A stretch of DNA of 64,000 nt from an uncultured Gemmatimonadales bacterium (GCA_963779755.1 CAVZZO010000001.1:704001-768000), one strand, 5' to 3'. Counted from the stretch's first letter, positions 28,149 to 38,810 are shown. The notes: generated from the sequence alone by a model not told the origin. Made by a program: numbers and translations.

Positions 28149-30083
28149 GTGCCGGTACTCGCCTTTTCCGATGTGGCCGTCGAGTTCGGGGCCACGGCCC
28201 TGCTCCGCGACGTCAATTTCTCCGTCAGTGCGGGGGAACGCTGGGGTGTGGTGGGCCGGAACGGCGCCGGCAAGACCACACTCTTCCGGCTGGCCACTGG
28301 CGCGGTCGAGCCCAGCCGGGGCGTGGTGGTGCGGGAGCCCGGCCTGCGCGTGTCGCTGCTCGATCAGGACCGCGACCTGGGCGGCGCCGGCACCGTCTGG
28401 GAGGCGGCGGCCATCGGCTACCGGGACCTGCTGCGGCTGGAACAGCGGCTGGAGCGGGACGCCGGCCGCATCGCCGGCCTGGGCGATGCCGTCACGCCGG
28501 AAGACCTGAACGCCTACGGCCACGATCTGGAGCGTTTCCAGCATGCCGGCGGCTACGAGTTTCATGCCCGGGTGGATGCGGTGCTGCAGGGTGTCGGCTT
28601 CGACCCCGAGGAGGCCCGGCTCCGGCGGCTCGAGACCCTCTCCGGCGGCGAACGCGGGCGGGTGGGGCTGGCCGCGCAGCTGGCCGCGCCGGCCGACCTG
28701 GTCCTGCTGGATGAGCCCACCAATCATCTCGACCTCGCCACCATCGACTGGCTCACCCGCTATCTGGGACAGCTGGGAGAGACCGTTCTGGTGATCAGCC
28801 ACGACCGCGCGTTCCTCGACGAAACGGTTGACCATGTGCTGCACGTGGCGGAGGGAACGGCGACCCCCTACCGGGGCGGCTACTCCGGCTTTGTCAGGCA
28901 GCGGGCCGAACGGGTGCTGGCGCTGGAGCGCCAGGTGAACGAGCAGCGGCGGATGATCGCGCGGGAAGAGGACTACATCCGCCGCAATATCGCGGGCGGC
29001 AACAGCGCGCAGGCGAAAGGACGCCGCGCCCGGCTGGCGCGCCTGCCTCGCCTCTCGGCGCCGCCGGCCGACGCCGACGCCATGGCCCTGCGCCTCACCC
29101 CTGCCGAGCGGGGCGGCGACCAGGTCATGGTGATCGACCGCCTGGGCGTGCAGGCCGGGGAACGCCGGCTGGTGCGGGACTTCAGCGCCGTCGTGCGTCG
29201 GGGCGACATCATCGCCCTGGTGGGGGCCAATGGGGCCGGGAAGACTACCCTCCTGGCGACGCTCCTGGGCGAGCGGCCGCCCGAATCCGGCAGTGTCCGC
29301 CTCGGCGCGGGGGTTTCTACCGCGTGGTTCCGGCAGGATCTGGCCCAGGTGCCCGACCACGGCACGCTGTATGACAGCATTGCCGAGCTGCGGCCTGCCT
29401 GGGGACGCGGCCCCGTCCAGGCGCTGCTGGGCCGGTTCGGTTTCACCGGCGCTGCGGTGCAGCGAATGGTTCCCACCCTGAGTGGGGGCGAGCGGGCCCG
29501 GCTGGCCCTGGCCCTGCTCACGCTCTCGCGCGCCAACCTCCTGGTGCTGGACGAGCCCACCAATCACCTGGATGTCGAGTCCATCGAAGCGCTGGAGGAT
29601 GCGCTGGACGAGTACGACGGCAGCGTGATCGTGGTGAGCCACGATCGCGCCTTCCTGCGGGAGCTGGCCCGGCGGGTCTGGGCGCTGGAAGAGGGGCGCA
29701 TCCTGGACTACGGGGGCACCTTCGCGGAATGGGAAGCCCATGCGGCCGCGCGGGACGCCGACCGTGCCGGGAAAGCGGCGGAAGCCTCCGCGGCGAAGCG
29801 GGTCTCGGACCGGGCGGAGCGGAAGGATGCTGCCGCCGCCCGCCGGGCCGAAGCCGAAGCCGGGCGTCTGGCGCGCCGGGAAGTGAAGGCGCTGGAGGCC
29901 GAGGCCCACCAGTGGCAGGAGAGGGTGGCCGGTCTCCAGTCCGCCCTGGCCGATCCCGCGCTCTATGCTGGAAGCCCGGAGGGCGCCCGCGAAGCGGGAC
30001 GGCTCAATCAGGCGCTGAGAGCTGCCCGGGAGGAGCTGGACCAGGCACTGGCCCGGTGGGCCAGCGCCGCGGAGCGACTATAA
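28149..30083 (+). CDS. ABC-F family ATPase
   Basis: Two NBDs (GRNGAGKT, GANGAGKT), two LSGGE, two LDEPTNHLD, no TM, C-terminal coiled coil; GTG 28149. Confidence 0.92.
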   Translation: MPVLAFSDVAVEFGATALLRDVNFSVSAGERWGVVGRNGAGKTTLFRLATGAVEPSRGVVVREPGLRVSLLDQDRDLGGAGTVWEAAAIGYRDLLRLEQRLERDAGRIAGLGDAVTPEDLNAYGHDLERFQHAGGYEFHARVDAVLQGVGFDPEEARLRRLETLSGGERGRVGLAAQLAAPADLVLLDEPTNHLDLATIDWLTRYLGQLGETVLVISHDRAFLDETVDHVLHVAEGTATPYRGGYSGFVRQRAERVLALERQVNEQRRMIAREEDYIRRNIAGGNSAQAKGRRARLARLPRLSAPPADADAMALRLTPAERGGDQVMVIDRLGVQAGERRLVRDFSAVVRRGDIIALVGANGAGKTTLLATLLGERPPESGSVRLGAGVSTAWFRQDLAQVPDHGTLYDSIAELRPAWGRGPVQALLGRFGFTGAAVQRMVPTLSGGERARLALALLTLSRANLLVLDEPTNHLDVESIEALEDALDEYDGSVIVVSHDRAFLRELARRVWALEEGRILDYGGTFAEWEAHAAARDADRAGKAAEASAAKRVSDRAERKDAAAARRAEAEAGRLARREVKALEAEAHQWQERVAGLQSALADPALYAGSPEGAREAGRLNQALRAAREELDQALARWASAAERL

Positions 30084-30156
30084 GTATTAGCGAGGAGTCA
30101 GGAGCCGGTCGTCAGAGCCCCCCCGGGTCCTGAATCCTGACCTGTCTCCTCCTCCC

Positions 30157-30693
30157 TCAGGCCTCCGGCGCCGCTCCCTGCCAGGCCGGCCGCACCTCGC
30201 CCGTCTGATCCTTCTGGTAGAATCCCAGATCCTGGCCGGTGAACTGCTTCACCAGAAGCAGAATCTGCCCGGTGTGGGTGGCAAAGTGCTCCACGGCGTG
30301 ATACACCGCCCGCATGATCATGACCTCGCGGCCCTGGATCTGCCTTCGCTCGAGGAGACTCGCCGGGTCGAGGCTTTGCAGGACCTTGGCCGCCTCCTCC
30401 ACCGCCGAGGAGAGGCGAGTGAGCAGTTCCTCGCCTGGGGGGCCACCTCGAGCATCGAATTCCTCCTGCCGTGCTCGCCGGTCGGTCTCGCCACCCAGGC
30501 CGCTCAGCACCCACTGCCGCAGATTGCCGGTGAGGTGGAGCAGGAGATTCCCGATGCTGTTGGAGGCTTCGTGGGGCCTCCACCAGATCTCCTCTTCGCT
30601 GAGATCCGCGACGGCACGGCGGATCTTGGGCAGGTATTCGTCGGTCAGGTAATACCTGGAGAGGTCCAGGAACTGGCGGCCGGTCTCAGGCAT
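30157..30693 (-). CDS. DinB/DUF1572-like protein
   Basis: SNSIGNLLLHLTGN, R.RQEEF, HFATHTGQI; GGAGG RBS before ATG 30693. Confidence 0.85.
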   Translation of the reverse strand: MPETGRQFLDLSRYYLTDEYLPKIRRAVADLSEEEIWWRPHEASNSIGNLLLHLTGNLRQWVLSGLGGETDRRARQEEFDARGGPPGEELLTRLSSAVEEAAKVLQSLDPASLLERRQIQGREVMIMRAVYHAVEHFATHTGQILLLVKQFTGQDLGFYQKDQTGEVRPAWQGAAPEA

Positions 30694-30737
30694 GGCGCGT
30701 CCCTCCGAATGGTTTCTCGTCTGCACTAATGCCGCAT

Positions 30738-31376
30738 TCAGCGGCGATAGGCAACCAGCAGCCCATCACGAATCGGTACCAGCGAGCCAATCCAGTTCGG
30801 CGAGTCCATGACGGCGCGTGTGAGCGCCCGCACACCTTCCGTAGCTGGCGAGTGGTCGCTCTCATCAAAGATTCGTCCGCTCCAGAGCAGGTTGTCGACG
30901 ACCAGCACGCCACCCGGGCGCAGCTTTTCTTCGATCACCGGCAGGGAGTCAGGGTAGCCTTCCTTATTGATGTCGTTGAAGACCAGGTCCCAGGGGCCGG
31001 TGCTCTGGCGCAGGGCCTCGACCGCCTCGCCTACGTGGTAGCGGACGAAGGCTCCCAGCCCCAGGGCCTCGAGGTGTCCCCGGGCTTCCCGCGAAAGCTC
31101 CTCGTCCCAGACCACGTGGTGGACCACGCCGCCCCCGTTCTCCCGGACCGCCCGGGCGAACCAGGCGGTGGAATAGCCGAAACCGGAGCCCAGCTCATAG
31201 ATCCGGCGGGCACTCGCCATCCGGGCAATCAGGTAGCAGAGGTGGCCGCACGCGGGGCCGATGATGGGAAAGTCGGTCGTCCGGGCGCGCTCCTCCATCC
31301 GGACCATCTCCGGCGGACGAGGCGGCACCAGTCCATCCAGGTAATCGCGCAGCCGGTCGGGCAGCAGGTCTTCCAT
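30738..31376 (-). CDS. O-methyltransferase
   Basis: ELGSGFGYS, DLVFNDINK, LRPGGVLVVDN; ATG 31376. Confidence 0.88.
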   Translation of the reverse strand: MEDLLPDRLRDYLDGLVPPRPPEMVRMEERARTTDFPIIGPACGHLCYLIARMASARRIYELGSGFGYSTAWFARAVRENGGGVVHHVVWDEELSREARGHLEALGLGAFVRYHVGEAVEALRQSTGPWDLVFNDINKEGYPDSLPVIEEKLRPGGVLVVDNLLWSGRIFDESDHSPATEGVRALTRAVMDSPNWIGSLVPIRDGLLVAYRR

Positions 31377-31828
31377 TGCCGGCAACCTCCATCCATTCCA
31401 CGGGCAAATGCCCCGGGCCCCACTGGTGACCCGGTTATCGGGGCAATGACTCCCAACAAGTGGCCGATCCGGTAATCCAGCACAAGGGGCTCAGGTTCTC
31501 AGGTGGTGGCTTCAGATGACTCGGATTTCGTGCAGCCAACTGCATGCTGCAAATAAGTGCGCCAGGTGCCACGCCGACGCCCAATCTGCTGGCCTCCTGC
31601 AACAGAAGCCGGTCTCCTGCTGTGCTCTTGAGGCCACATGCCATGCTCGACGACGGAGCTGAAGGAACCTTAACGAACAAGTCATTCTTCCACAACATCT
31701 TACATGAGATGGACACGCTCAATGTTGTGCCGCAGCCCGGCCCGATCCCTGCACCTCGCATCGGACGGCCCCTGCTCGTGACGCAATCACGCTGTTAGAT
31801 TCTGCTGCGGTGTAGAACGGAGAACCGT

Positions 31829-34633
31829 ATGAATTTTAGAGGTCTTGCGATCCTGGCTTCTCTTGCCCTGGCCGTCGGCCTGCTCAACAGTTGCTCCGGG
31901 GCCGCTCCGACGAGCCCTGCCAACGGCACCATCCACTATGCCATCGTATCCGGCGACGGGCAGACGGGCGGTGCGGGGCTTCCCCTGTCCCAGCAACTGG
32001 TGGTCTCCGCCACCGACGAGGGGGGGAAAGCCGTTTCCGGCAAATCGGTGAACTTCACGGTGACCGCCGGCGGGGGCCAGTTGAGTCTGGCTCAGGCGGT
32101 CACGGATGTGGCCGGCCGGGCCAAGGTCACCTGGACCCTCGGCTCCACCGCCGGCAGTCCCCAGACGGCCGAAGCCCACGCGGCTAGCGACGGGCACCTC
32201 ATCGGGCAGTTCAGCGCCACCGTAACAGCGGGCCCTCCTGCGAGCATCACCGCCCTTCAGGGCGACAGTCAGTCGGTTACCGCTGGCCTCCCCGTCGCTC
32301 TGGCGCTCAAGGTGAAGGTCGCCGATCAATTCGGAAACCCGGTCACTGGTCGCGGGGTCACCCTTCAGGTTACTGCCGGCGGCGGCAGCCTGACCGGCAG
32401 CTCGGCCACGACGGATGCCGCCGGTACCGCCACGCTTGCCGGCTGGACGCTGGGGGACTCGGCCGGCACCAACACCTGTACCGCGACCGTCGCCGGAACG
32501 CCGCTCACGAGGAAGTTCACCGCCACGGGGCTCCGCCCCGTGCTGGCGCTGAGCACTCCGCCCTCTTCCACCGCGCAAAGCGGGGTCCCCCTGGCGCAGC
32601 AGCCGGTGGTGCAGGTGACCGATGGCCAGGGCAACAGCGTGCCGCTGCGAAGCCGGCTTGTCACGGCCTTCATCACCGGGGGAAGCGACTCGGTACTCGG
32701 TACCAGTACGGTGGCCACCGATTCCACCGGCCGTGCCACCTTTACGGACCTCGCGGTGGCCGGCTCCGTCGGCTCCCCGACCCTGGGCTTCAGCTCTTCC
32801 GGCATGCAGAGCGTAACTCCCCTGCCCATTGCCCTGAGCGCCGGCCCCGCCGCCGTGGTCAATGTCTACGAAGGCAACAACCAGACGACTGTGGCCGGCT
32901 TCCCGGTGTCGATTCCCCCGGCTGTCCAACTCACTGACCAGCAAGGGAACCCGATTCCCGGCCAGGGGGTCACCTTCGCAGTGACGCTTGGCGGGGGGTC
33001 AATCACCGGGGCCTCGCAGACCACCGATGCGCAGGGCATTGCCCGGGTGGGCAGCTGGATGCTGGGGCCGAACAACGGCACCAACCAGCTGACGGCGACG
33101 GTTGCCGATCCCGGCATCGCCGGAAACCCGGTGACCTTTACTGCCACCGCGGCTCCGCCCGTGCTGGGGCTCGCCACCCCGCCGCCGTCGTGGACTCTGA
33201 GCGGGGCGACACTTTCGCCGCAGCCGGTGATACAGATTCAGGATGAGACCGGGAGTTCCATCGCTCTTTCCGGCAAGGTGGTCACCGTCAGCCTGACGTC
33301 CGGATCCGGTAGCCTGGGCGGTACCACCACGGCCACTACCGACGCCACCGGCAAGGCGGTCTGGACGGACCTGGCCCTGACCGGGCCGGTCGGTCCCTAC
33401 ACCCTCTCTTTCTCCGCGACCGGGATGCAGACGATAACCGCCGCGATTTCGATTACTACCGGCCCACCCACCACCCTGGCGCTCAACGGAGGCAGCGGCC
33501 AGAGCGCGCAGGCGGGAACCACGCTGCCGGTGGCGCCTTCGGTGAAGGTGACCGATGCCAACGGCAATCCGGTCGGGGGAGTTCCGGTATCCTTTCAGGT
33601 CACCACCGGCGGCGGCAGTGTGACCGGCGGCAGTGCCACTACGGATGGAACCGGGGTGGCTACCGTGGGTTCCTGGACGCTGGGGCCGCAGAGCGGCACC
33701 AATACGCTGACCGTCACCTCCACCGATCCCGGCCTGGGCGGCCAGCAGGTTCTGATCTCCGCCACTGCGACGGGCAACTTCTGGCGTTCGCTGGCCGGCG
33801 AGCCTGTCGGTCTCCTCTACTCGGCATCGGGGATCAGCAACGGACTCCTCTACGTGGCGGGCGGCAAGGACAGCACGCTCGCCATCAGGCCGTTGCTGGA
33901 GGTTTATGACCCGGCCACCAACACCTGGGCCACGCGCGCCACCATGCCGACGGCCCGGGCTGCCGGCGCGGGCGGCTTCCTCAACGGGGTCTTCTATCTC
34001 AGCGGGGGCGTGCTCTCCGACAGCACTGGCTCCAACGCGATGGAGGCGTACAACCCCCAGACCAACACCTGGACCGCCGGCCTGGCGCCGCAGCCCTTCG
34101 TCGGCGGTTACTCGGCCAGCGCGGTGCTGAACGGAAAACTCTATGTTGCCGGCGGCGGCGCGCCCACCGGCGCCCAGGAATCCGGTCTGGAGGTGTACGA
34201 TCCCGCGACTGATTCCTGGTCCAGCAAAGCGCCCCTGCCGGCGAGTCGCAAGTATGCCTCGGGCGTGGTTCTGAACGGGAAACTCTATGTGGTGGGCGGA
34301 TTGCAGGGCACGCTGCTGGACGGTGCGCTCCTGGTGTACGACCCGCAGACCGATTCCTGGTCCAGCGGGGCCTCCATGCCCACGCCGCGCTACCTCGCGA
34401 ACGCGGCAGCCATCAACGGGAAGATCTATGTTGCCGGCGGGCTGCTCAGTGTGAGTTCCAATACCCCGGTCGTGGAGGTATATGACCCCACCACCGATTC
34501 GTGGAGCACGGTAGCTCCCATGCCCATGGGTCGGGACGGGTCGGCCACGGCGGCTATCAACGGACTCCTCTACGTGGCTGGAGGGAAGCCTACAGACAAC
34601 ATTACGGGGCGCACCTCGGTGTACGTCCCCTGA
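31829..34633 (+). CDS. Lipoprotein with Ig-like (Big_1-type) repeats and Kelch propeller
   Basis: Lipobox LNSC; repeated GDxQ..V.D..GNP..V.F.VT.GGG..TD..G.A..WTLG units; six LYVxGG..YDP.T..W Kelch repeats. Confidence 0.85.
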   Translation: MNFRGLAILASLALAVGLLNSCSGAAPTSPANGTIHYAIVSGDGQTGGAGLPLSQQLVVSATDEGGKAVSGKSVNFTVTAGGGQLSLAQAVTDVAGRAKVTWTLGSTAGSPQTAEAHAASDGHLIGQFSATVTAGPPASITALQGDSQSVTAGLPVALALKVKVADQFGNPVTGRGVTLQVTAGGGSLTGSSATTDAAGTATLAGWTLGDSAGTNTCTATVAGTPLTRKFTATGLRPVLALSTPPSSTAQSGVPLAQQPVVQVTDGQGNSVPLRSRLVTAFITGGSDSVLGTSTVATDSTGRATFTDLAVAGSVGSPTLGFSSSGMQSVTPLPIALSAGPAAVVNVYEGNNQTTVAGFPVSIPPAVQLTDQQGNPIPGQGVTFAVTLGGGSITGASQTTDAQGIARVGSWMLGPNNGTNQLTATVADPGIAGNPVTFTATAAPPVLGLATPPPSWTLSGATLSPQPVIQIQDETGSSIALSGKVVTVSLTSGSGSLGGTTTATTDATGKAVWTDLALTGPVGPYTLSFSATGMQTITAAISITTGPPTTLALNGGSGQSAQAGTTLPVAPSVKVTDANGNPVGGVPVSFQVTTGGGSVTGGSATTDGTGVATVGSWTLGPQSGTNTLTVTSTDPGLGGQQVLISATATGNFWRSLAGEPVGLLYSASGISNGLLYVAGGKDSTLAIRPLLEVYDPATNTWATRATMPTARAAGAGGFLNGVFYLSGGVLSDSTGSNAMEAYNPQTNTWTAGLAPQPFVGGYSASAVLNGKLYVAGGGAPTGAQESGLEVYDPATDSWSSKAPLPASRKYASGVVLNGKLYVVGGLQGTLLDGALLVYDPQTDSWSSGASMPTPRYLANAAAINGKIYVAGGLLSVSSNTPVVEVYDPTTDSWSTVAPMPMGRDGSATAAINGLLYVAGGKPTDNITGRTSVYVP

Positions 34634-34653
34634 TTCGAAGCGCCTCGCAGTAC

Positions 34654-34688
34654 GAAGCCGGCGGCCCCCCTGGGAGTCGCCGGTCTTC
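34654..34688. terminator. GC-rich hairpin between convergent genes
   Basis: GAAGCCGGCGGC...GTCGCCGGTCTTC; no clear U tract. Confidence 0.3.
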
Positions 34689-34707
34689 GCTGCTGGCCTG
34701 TCACGCC

Positions 34708-35808
34708 TCAGAAGAACTCCCGGGCCAGCCGCCACGCGATGCCGACGAACGGCTGGTCCGTGTTGGTGAGCAGCGCGACGATGAGGCGCTGCTCGGGGTA
34801 GATCAGCAGCATGGCGGTGCCGCCGACCGAGCCGCCGCTGTGGGAGATCACCCGGCGGCCGGCGGAATCGGTGCCCACCGCCCAGCCGATGCCGTATCCC
34901 GTCGCCTTGCCGTCGCGGGTGTGCTGCGAGCTCCAGAGCAGCTGTATGGTCTCCGGCTTCAGGAACCCGGGCTCAAGGTACGCCTCGGCATAACGGACCA
35001 GGTCTTCCGTGGTGGAGACGAAGCCGCCCCCCGCCCACTTGTAGCTGTTGTCCACCCAGGCGGCGTTGACTTCCGGCCCGCTGGAGTCGCGGGTATAGAA
35101 GCGCGCCCGCCAGGGAATCAGGCTGTCGGGAAACTCGGCGACGGTGTGGGTCATTCCCAGGGGAAGAAAGACCTGTTCCCGCATGTAGCGGAGATAAGGC
35201 TCGCCCGAGGCTCCTTCCACCACGGCGCTCACCAGCGCGTATCCGTAGGTGCTGTAGTAATACCGGGTGCCGGGCTCGAACAGCAGGGTGTCGTTCTCGA
35301 AAATCGAGAGGCCGGCGGTGACGGAGTTGTAGTGCCGGGCGCTGTAGAACTCCTCACCCCGGTAGTGCCGGATACCGGCCAGGTGGCCGGCCACCTGGCG
35401 CGTGGTGATGGGCCACCGCTTAACCGGAAACGACGGCACATAGCGCTGGACCGGCGCATCCAGGTCCAGCCGGCCGCGTTCCCACAACTGGCCCACCGCG
35501 GCGGCGGTGAGTGACTTGGAGATGCTCCCCACCCGAAAGCGCGTGAGCGCCGTGGCCGGCACCCGCTGCTCCAGATCGGCGTAGCCGAATCCCTCGCTCC
35601 AGATCACTGCGCCGTCTTTCATGACGGTCACCGATACCCCGGGGATATCCGCCCTTCGCATACTGTCGACCAGCAGCCGTCGCGCGGCGGCCACCCGGGC
35701 AGCCCAGGCGGCCGGGGTGGGCGAGAGCACGTAGCCGCTGTCCTGCGCGGCTCCGGGGGCGGGGACCAGGAGCAGCATGCCGGCCAGAACGAGGAGAGAT
35801 TTGCGCAT
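34708..35808 (-). CDS. Beta-lactamase-like serine hydrolase
   Basis: Signal peptide; SISK (SxxK), YYYSTYGY, HSGG. Confidence 0.88.
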   Translation of the reverse strand: MRKSLLVLAGMLLLVPAPGAAQDSGYVLSPTPAAWAARVAAARRLLVDSMRRADIPGVSVTVMKDGAVIWSEGFGYADLEQRVPATALTRFRVGSISKSLTAAAVGQLWERGRLDLDAPVQRYVPSFPVKRWPITTRQVAGHLAGIRHYRGEEFYSARHYNSVTAGLSIFENDTLLFEPGTRYYYSTYGYALVSAVVEGASGEPYLRYMREQVFLPLGMTHTVAEFPDSLIPWRARFYTRDSSGPEVNAAWVDNSYKWAGGGFVSTTEDLVRYAEAYLEPGFLKPETIQLLWSSQHTRDGKATGYGIGWAVGTDSAGRRVISHSGGSVGGTAMLLIYPEQRLIVALLTNTDQPFVGIAWRLAREFF

Positions 35809-35848
35809 GGGAACCGGGAAGCGGGAAAGGGGAAACGCGGCGCCGGAA

Positions 35849-36607
35849 TCAGGTGACCCGTCCGGCGCGCAGCGCGAGTGGCCAGGTTACCCGGCGTGGG
35901 GCGTCCGGACGGTCCCAGAGCGGCAGCAGCTGGCGCTCCAGCCCGGTTACGGGATCGTCGCCGCGCTCGGCCCGGTAGCGGACCACCGCCGACCAGGTCC
36001 GCACGTAACCCAGAAAGTGGTCCAGCGTCCAGTCGCAGGCGATCTCCAACGCAGGGGCCGGCAGTTCGGGGAAGGGGAAGGGCACCCCCGCGTAGCCGCT
36101 ATCCACCATGTGTCGCTCCGGAGGCCACCAGGGGCCGATGGTCTGGTCGTAGAAGACGCCCATGCAGCGGTCGATCGCGGAGGTCACCCGCGCCCGTCCG
36201 TAGGTCCAGACCGCGAGCACGCCGCCCGGCTTGAGCACCCGCCGCGCTTCGGCAAAGAACGGCTCCAGCGGAAACCAGTGCAGCGCCTGCGCGACGCTGA
36301 CCAGGTCGGCCGATCCATCCGCCAGCGCGCTCCGCTGGGCCAGCGCCAGGTGATAGTGGATGCCCGGACGCCGGACGGCGTGGGCCAGCTGCCGCCGGCT
36401 GGCATCGCTGGCGGCCACGCGGTCGAAATGGTCCACCAGGGCGGCGGCGGCCTGCCCCGTTCCGGTGCCGCAGTCCCACGCCAGCCGCCGCGCCGGAGCC
36501 ATGCCGGCGAGGAACTCGAACAGCGCCGCCGGATAGCCCGGGCGGCAGGCCGCATAGCTGCCGGAGACCGCCTGGAACCGGTCGCGAAAATGGGCCGGGC
36601 CGCTCAT
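35849..36607 (-). CDS. Class I SAM-dependent methyltransferase
   Basis: WDCGTGTGQ, VAQALHWF, LKPGG. Confidence 0.88.
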   Translation of the reverse strand: MSGPAHFRDRFQAVSGSYAACRPGYPAALFEFLAGMAPARRLAWDCGTGTGQAAAALVDHFDRVAASDASRRQLAHAVRRPGIHYHLALAQRSALADGSADLVSVAQALHWFPLEPFFAEARRVLKPGGVLAVWTYGRARVTSAIDRCMGVFYDQTIGPWWPPERHMVDSGYAGVPFPFPELPAPALEIACDWTLDHFLGYVRTWSAVVRYRAERGDDPVTGLERQLLPLWDRPDAPRRVTWPLALRAGRVT

Positions 36608-37248
36608 ACCGACCGGGCGATGAGATACTGGGCCAGCCAGTACGTCACCAGAATGACGACCTGGCTGTGGCGCAGCGGCCGGCGGAAGCGATCCAGCGCC
36701 AGCACGGTATCGGATATCAGGAAGAGCACCGCGCCGGCCAGTGCGAGCAGCGCCGGCTGGCTCCGCATCTGCAGCCAGCGTTCATCCGCCTGCCATACCA
36801 TGAGGAGGATAGCGGCGACATACACCAGGACCGGGCCGCGCATGCGCCCCAGGGTGGGCCAGAGCGTGCTCAGCACCAGTGCGCCTGAGCCGACCAGCAG
36901 AGCGGCAGGCAGCAGGCTCAGGCGCCATCCCGCGGCCGCGCCGAAGGCCGCGGCATAGCAGAGGTGCGTCACCAGGAAGCTGCCGAGTCCCGCGAGAAAG
37001 CGCTCGCGCGGCAGCATGAGCAGGACGTCGCCGAGCAGCGAGGCGCCCAGCCCCAGGACGATGAGTGGCCGGTAGGGGGCGGCGACCGAGCCGGGGAGCA
37101 CCAGCGCCAGGACCAGGATGAGCGCGGTGGTGAGCGGTTTGAAGATGTAGACCAGGAGCCGCGGGCCGGCGGCCGCTCCCTGGATGGCCGCCAGCGCGGC
37201 GAGGAGGATCGCCGCGCTCAGCGGGAGCGTCAGCGCCGCGCCATTCAC
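36604..37248 (-). CDS. YhhN/lysoplasmalogenase-family membrane protein
   Basis: FKPL, SLLGDVLL, FLAGLGSFLVTH, FLISD, TYWLAQ; GTG 37248 overlaps the upstream stop. Confidence 0.85.
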   Translation of the reverse strand: MNGAALTLPLSAAILLAALAAIQGAAAGPRLLVYIFKPLTTALILVLALVLPGSVAAPYRPLIVLGLGASLLGDVLLMLPRERFLAGLGSFLVTHLCYAAAFGAAAGWRLSLLPAALLVGSGALVLSTLWPTLGRMRGPVLVYVAAILLMVWQADERWLQMRSQPALLALAGAVLFLISDTVLALDRFRRPLRHSQVVILVTYWLAQYLIARSV

Positions 37249-37406
37249 GCGCCCCAGTGCTCCGCCAGCCGGCGGCCGAAGTACATGCCGAATCCGGAAG
37301 CGATGGTGCTCACAAAGAAGGCGGTCATGATGCCGAAGTGCGCCGCCGCCCACCAGCCGACGGAGCCCAGCACGGATGCGCCGGTAAACCCGAGGAGGCC
37401 CTTCAT
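37245..37406 (-). CDS. Small 2-TM protein (53 aa)
   Basis: MKGLLGFTGASVLGSVGWW...; stop overlaps the yhhN-like start. Confidence 0.65.
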   Translation of the reverse strand: MKGLLGFTGASVLGSVGWWAAAHFGIMTAFFVSTIASGFGMYFGRRLAEHWGA

Positions 37407-37509
37407 CGCTTTCCAACCTAAGGAGAAGGCGGCAGTGGGGAAAGCACTTGCGGCCGGGGAGCCGGCAGGGACAAGATGGTCCAGGCATCCCCGGAAAGCG
37501 GAGCATACC

Positions 37510-37725
37510 ATGGCTTCAGTTAATCAGGCCGCCAGGATCGCCGAAGCGGTTCGGCAGAGCTGCATCCAGGCCGCGCTGGACGGCTATGAAGACGCCGGCC
37601 AGCGGGGCCTCTGCCACGAGGGCGCGTGGGAAGCGGCGGTCGACGCCATCCGGAGGCTGGATCTGGCCCCATTGCTCCGAATGGCCGGCGATCCCGCGGA
37701 GGACACCGGGGCCGGTCCTCACTAG
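37510..37725 (+). CDS. Small hypothetical protein (71 aa)
   Basis: GGAG RBS; AEAVRQSCIQAAL..YEDAG..GLCHEGAWE pattern recalled from a conserved small family. Confidence 0.65.
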   Translation: MASVNQAARIAEAVRQSCIQAALDGYEDAGQRGLCHEGAWEAAVDAIRRLDLAPLLRMAGDPAEDTGAGPH

Positions 37726-37733
37726 AATTCGGT

Positions 37734-38810
37734 ATGCCCATCTCCGCCAGCCGCGTAGAGGAGCGGGTTCCGCTCGCGCCCTATACCACGCTCCGCCTGG
37801 GCGGCGCCGCCCGCTACTTCATGGAGGCCCGCAGCGAAGGGGAACTGCGCGACGCCCTTGCCTGGGCGGCGCAGCAGCGCCTGCCCGTCTGGATTCTGGG
37901 TGGCGGGAGCAATCTCATTGTGCCCGACGCCGGCCTGCCGGGACTGGTCATCCGGATCGCTATCGCCGGCGTGGAGTTCGCCCTGGCGGGGAGCGAGACC
38001 ATCCTCCGGGCCGGCGCCGGCGTGGACTGGGATGAGGTCGTCCGCCAGGCGGTCGAGCGCGGGCTGGCCGGCATCGAATGCCTCTCCGGCATTCCGGGGC
38101 TGGCCGGTGCCACGCCCATTCAGAACGTCGGCGCGTATGGGCAGGAGGTCGCCGACACGCTGGTCTCGGTGACCTGCCTCGACCGCGCCACGCTCGAGCC
38201 GGTGGAGTTCGGGGCGGCGGAATGCGACTTCGGCTACCGCCAGAGCCGGTTCAAGGGCCGCGACCGGGACCGCTTCGTGGTGACGGGTGTGACCTTTCGC
38301 CTGGGCGAACGGCGCCCCGAGCCGCGGTACCCCGAATTGCGCCGCGCGGTCGAGTCCAGCCCGGGCTACGCCGCCCTTCCCGACGCACGCGCGGTGGAGG
38401 CCGTCCGCGAGACCGTGCTGGGGCTGCGGCGCCGCAAGAGCATGGTACTGGATCCTGAGGATCCCAATACCCGGTCGGTCGGATCGTTCTTCACCAACCC
38501 GGTGCTGAGCGGCGACCAGCTGGAGCGGCTGGTCGAGCGCTGTCGCGGGCTGGAAGGTGGCGCCGTCATCCCCACCTTTCCGGCGGAGGACGGCCGGCTC
38601 AAAGTCCCGGCGGCGTGGCTGGTGGAGCAGGCCGGGTTCCGGCGGGGCTACCGCCGCGGCGGCGCCGGCATCTCCACCCGCCATGCCCTGGCGCTGGTGA
38701 ACCTCGGCGGCAGCACGGCGGAGCTGCTGGCGCTGGCGGCGGAAATCGAGCAGGGCGTGGCCGAGCGCTTCGGGGTCCGGCTGGAGCGCGAACCGGTGGA
38801 ACTGTCGTGA
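37734..38810 (+). CDS. murB: UDP-N-acetylenolpyruvoylglucosamine reductase
   Basis: LGGGSN, GIPG..GATPIQNVGAYGQE, FGYRQSRFK, GSFFTNP, HALALVN. Confidence 0.95.
   Translation: MPISASRVEERVPLAPYTTLRLGGAARYFMEARSEGELRDALAWAAQQRLPVWILGGGSNLIVPDAGLPGLVIRIAIAGVEFALAGSETILRAGAGVDWDEVVRQAVERGLAGIECLSGIPGLAGATPIQNVGAYGQEVADTLVSVTCLDRATLEPVEFGAAECDFGYRQSRFKGRDRDRFVVTGVTFRLGERRPEPRYPELRRAVESSPGYAALPDARAVEAVRETVLGLRRRKSMVLDPEDPNTRSVGSFFTNPVLSGDQLERLVERCRGLEGGAVIPTFPAEDGRLKVPAAWLVEQAGFRRGYRRGGAGISTRHALALVNLGGSTAELLALAAEIEQGVAERFGVRLEREPVELS

Noticed and set aside
34708..35808. Antibiotic-resistance calls for the serine hydrolase and the ABC-F gene (28149-30083)
   Set aside because: Only generic family motifs are visible; nothing specific to resistance subfamilies.
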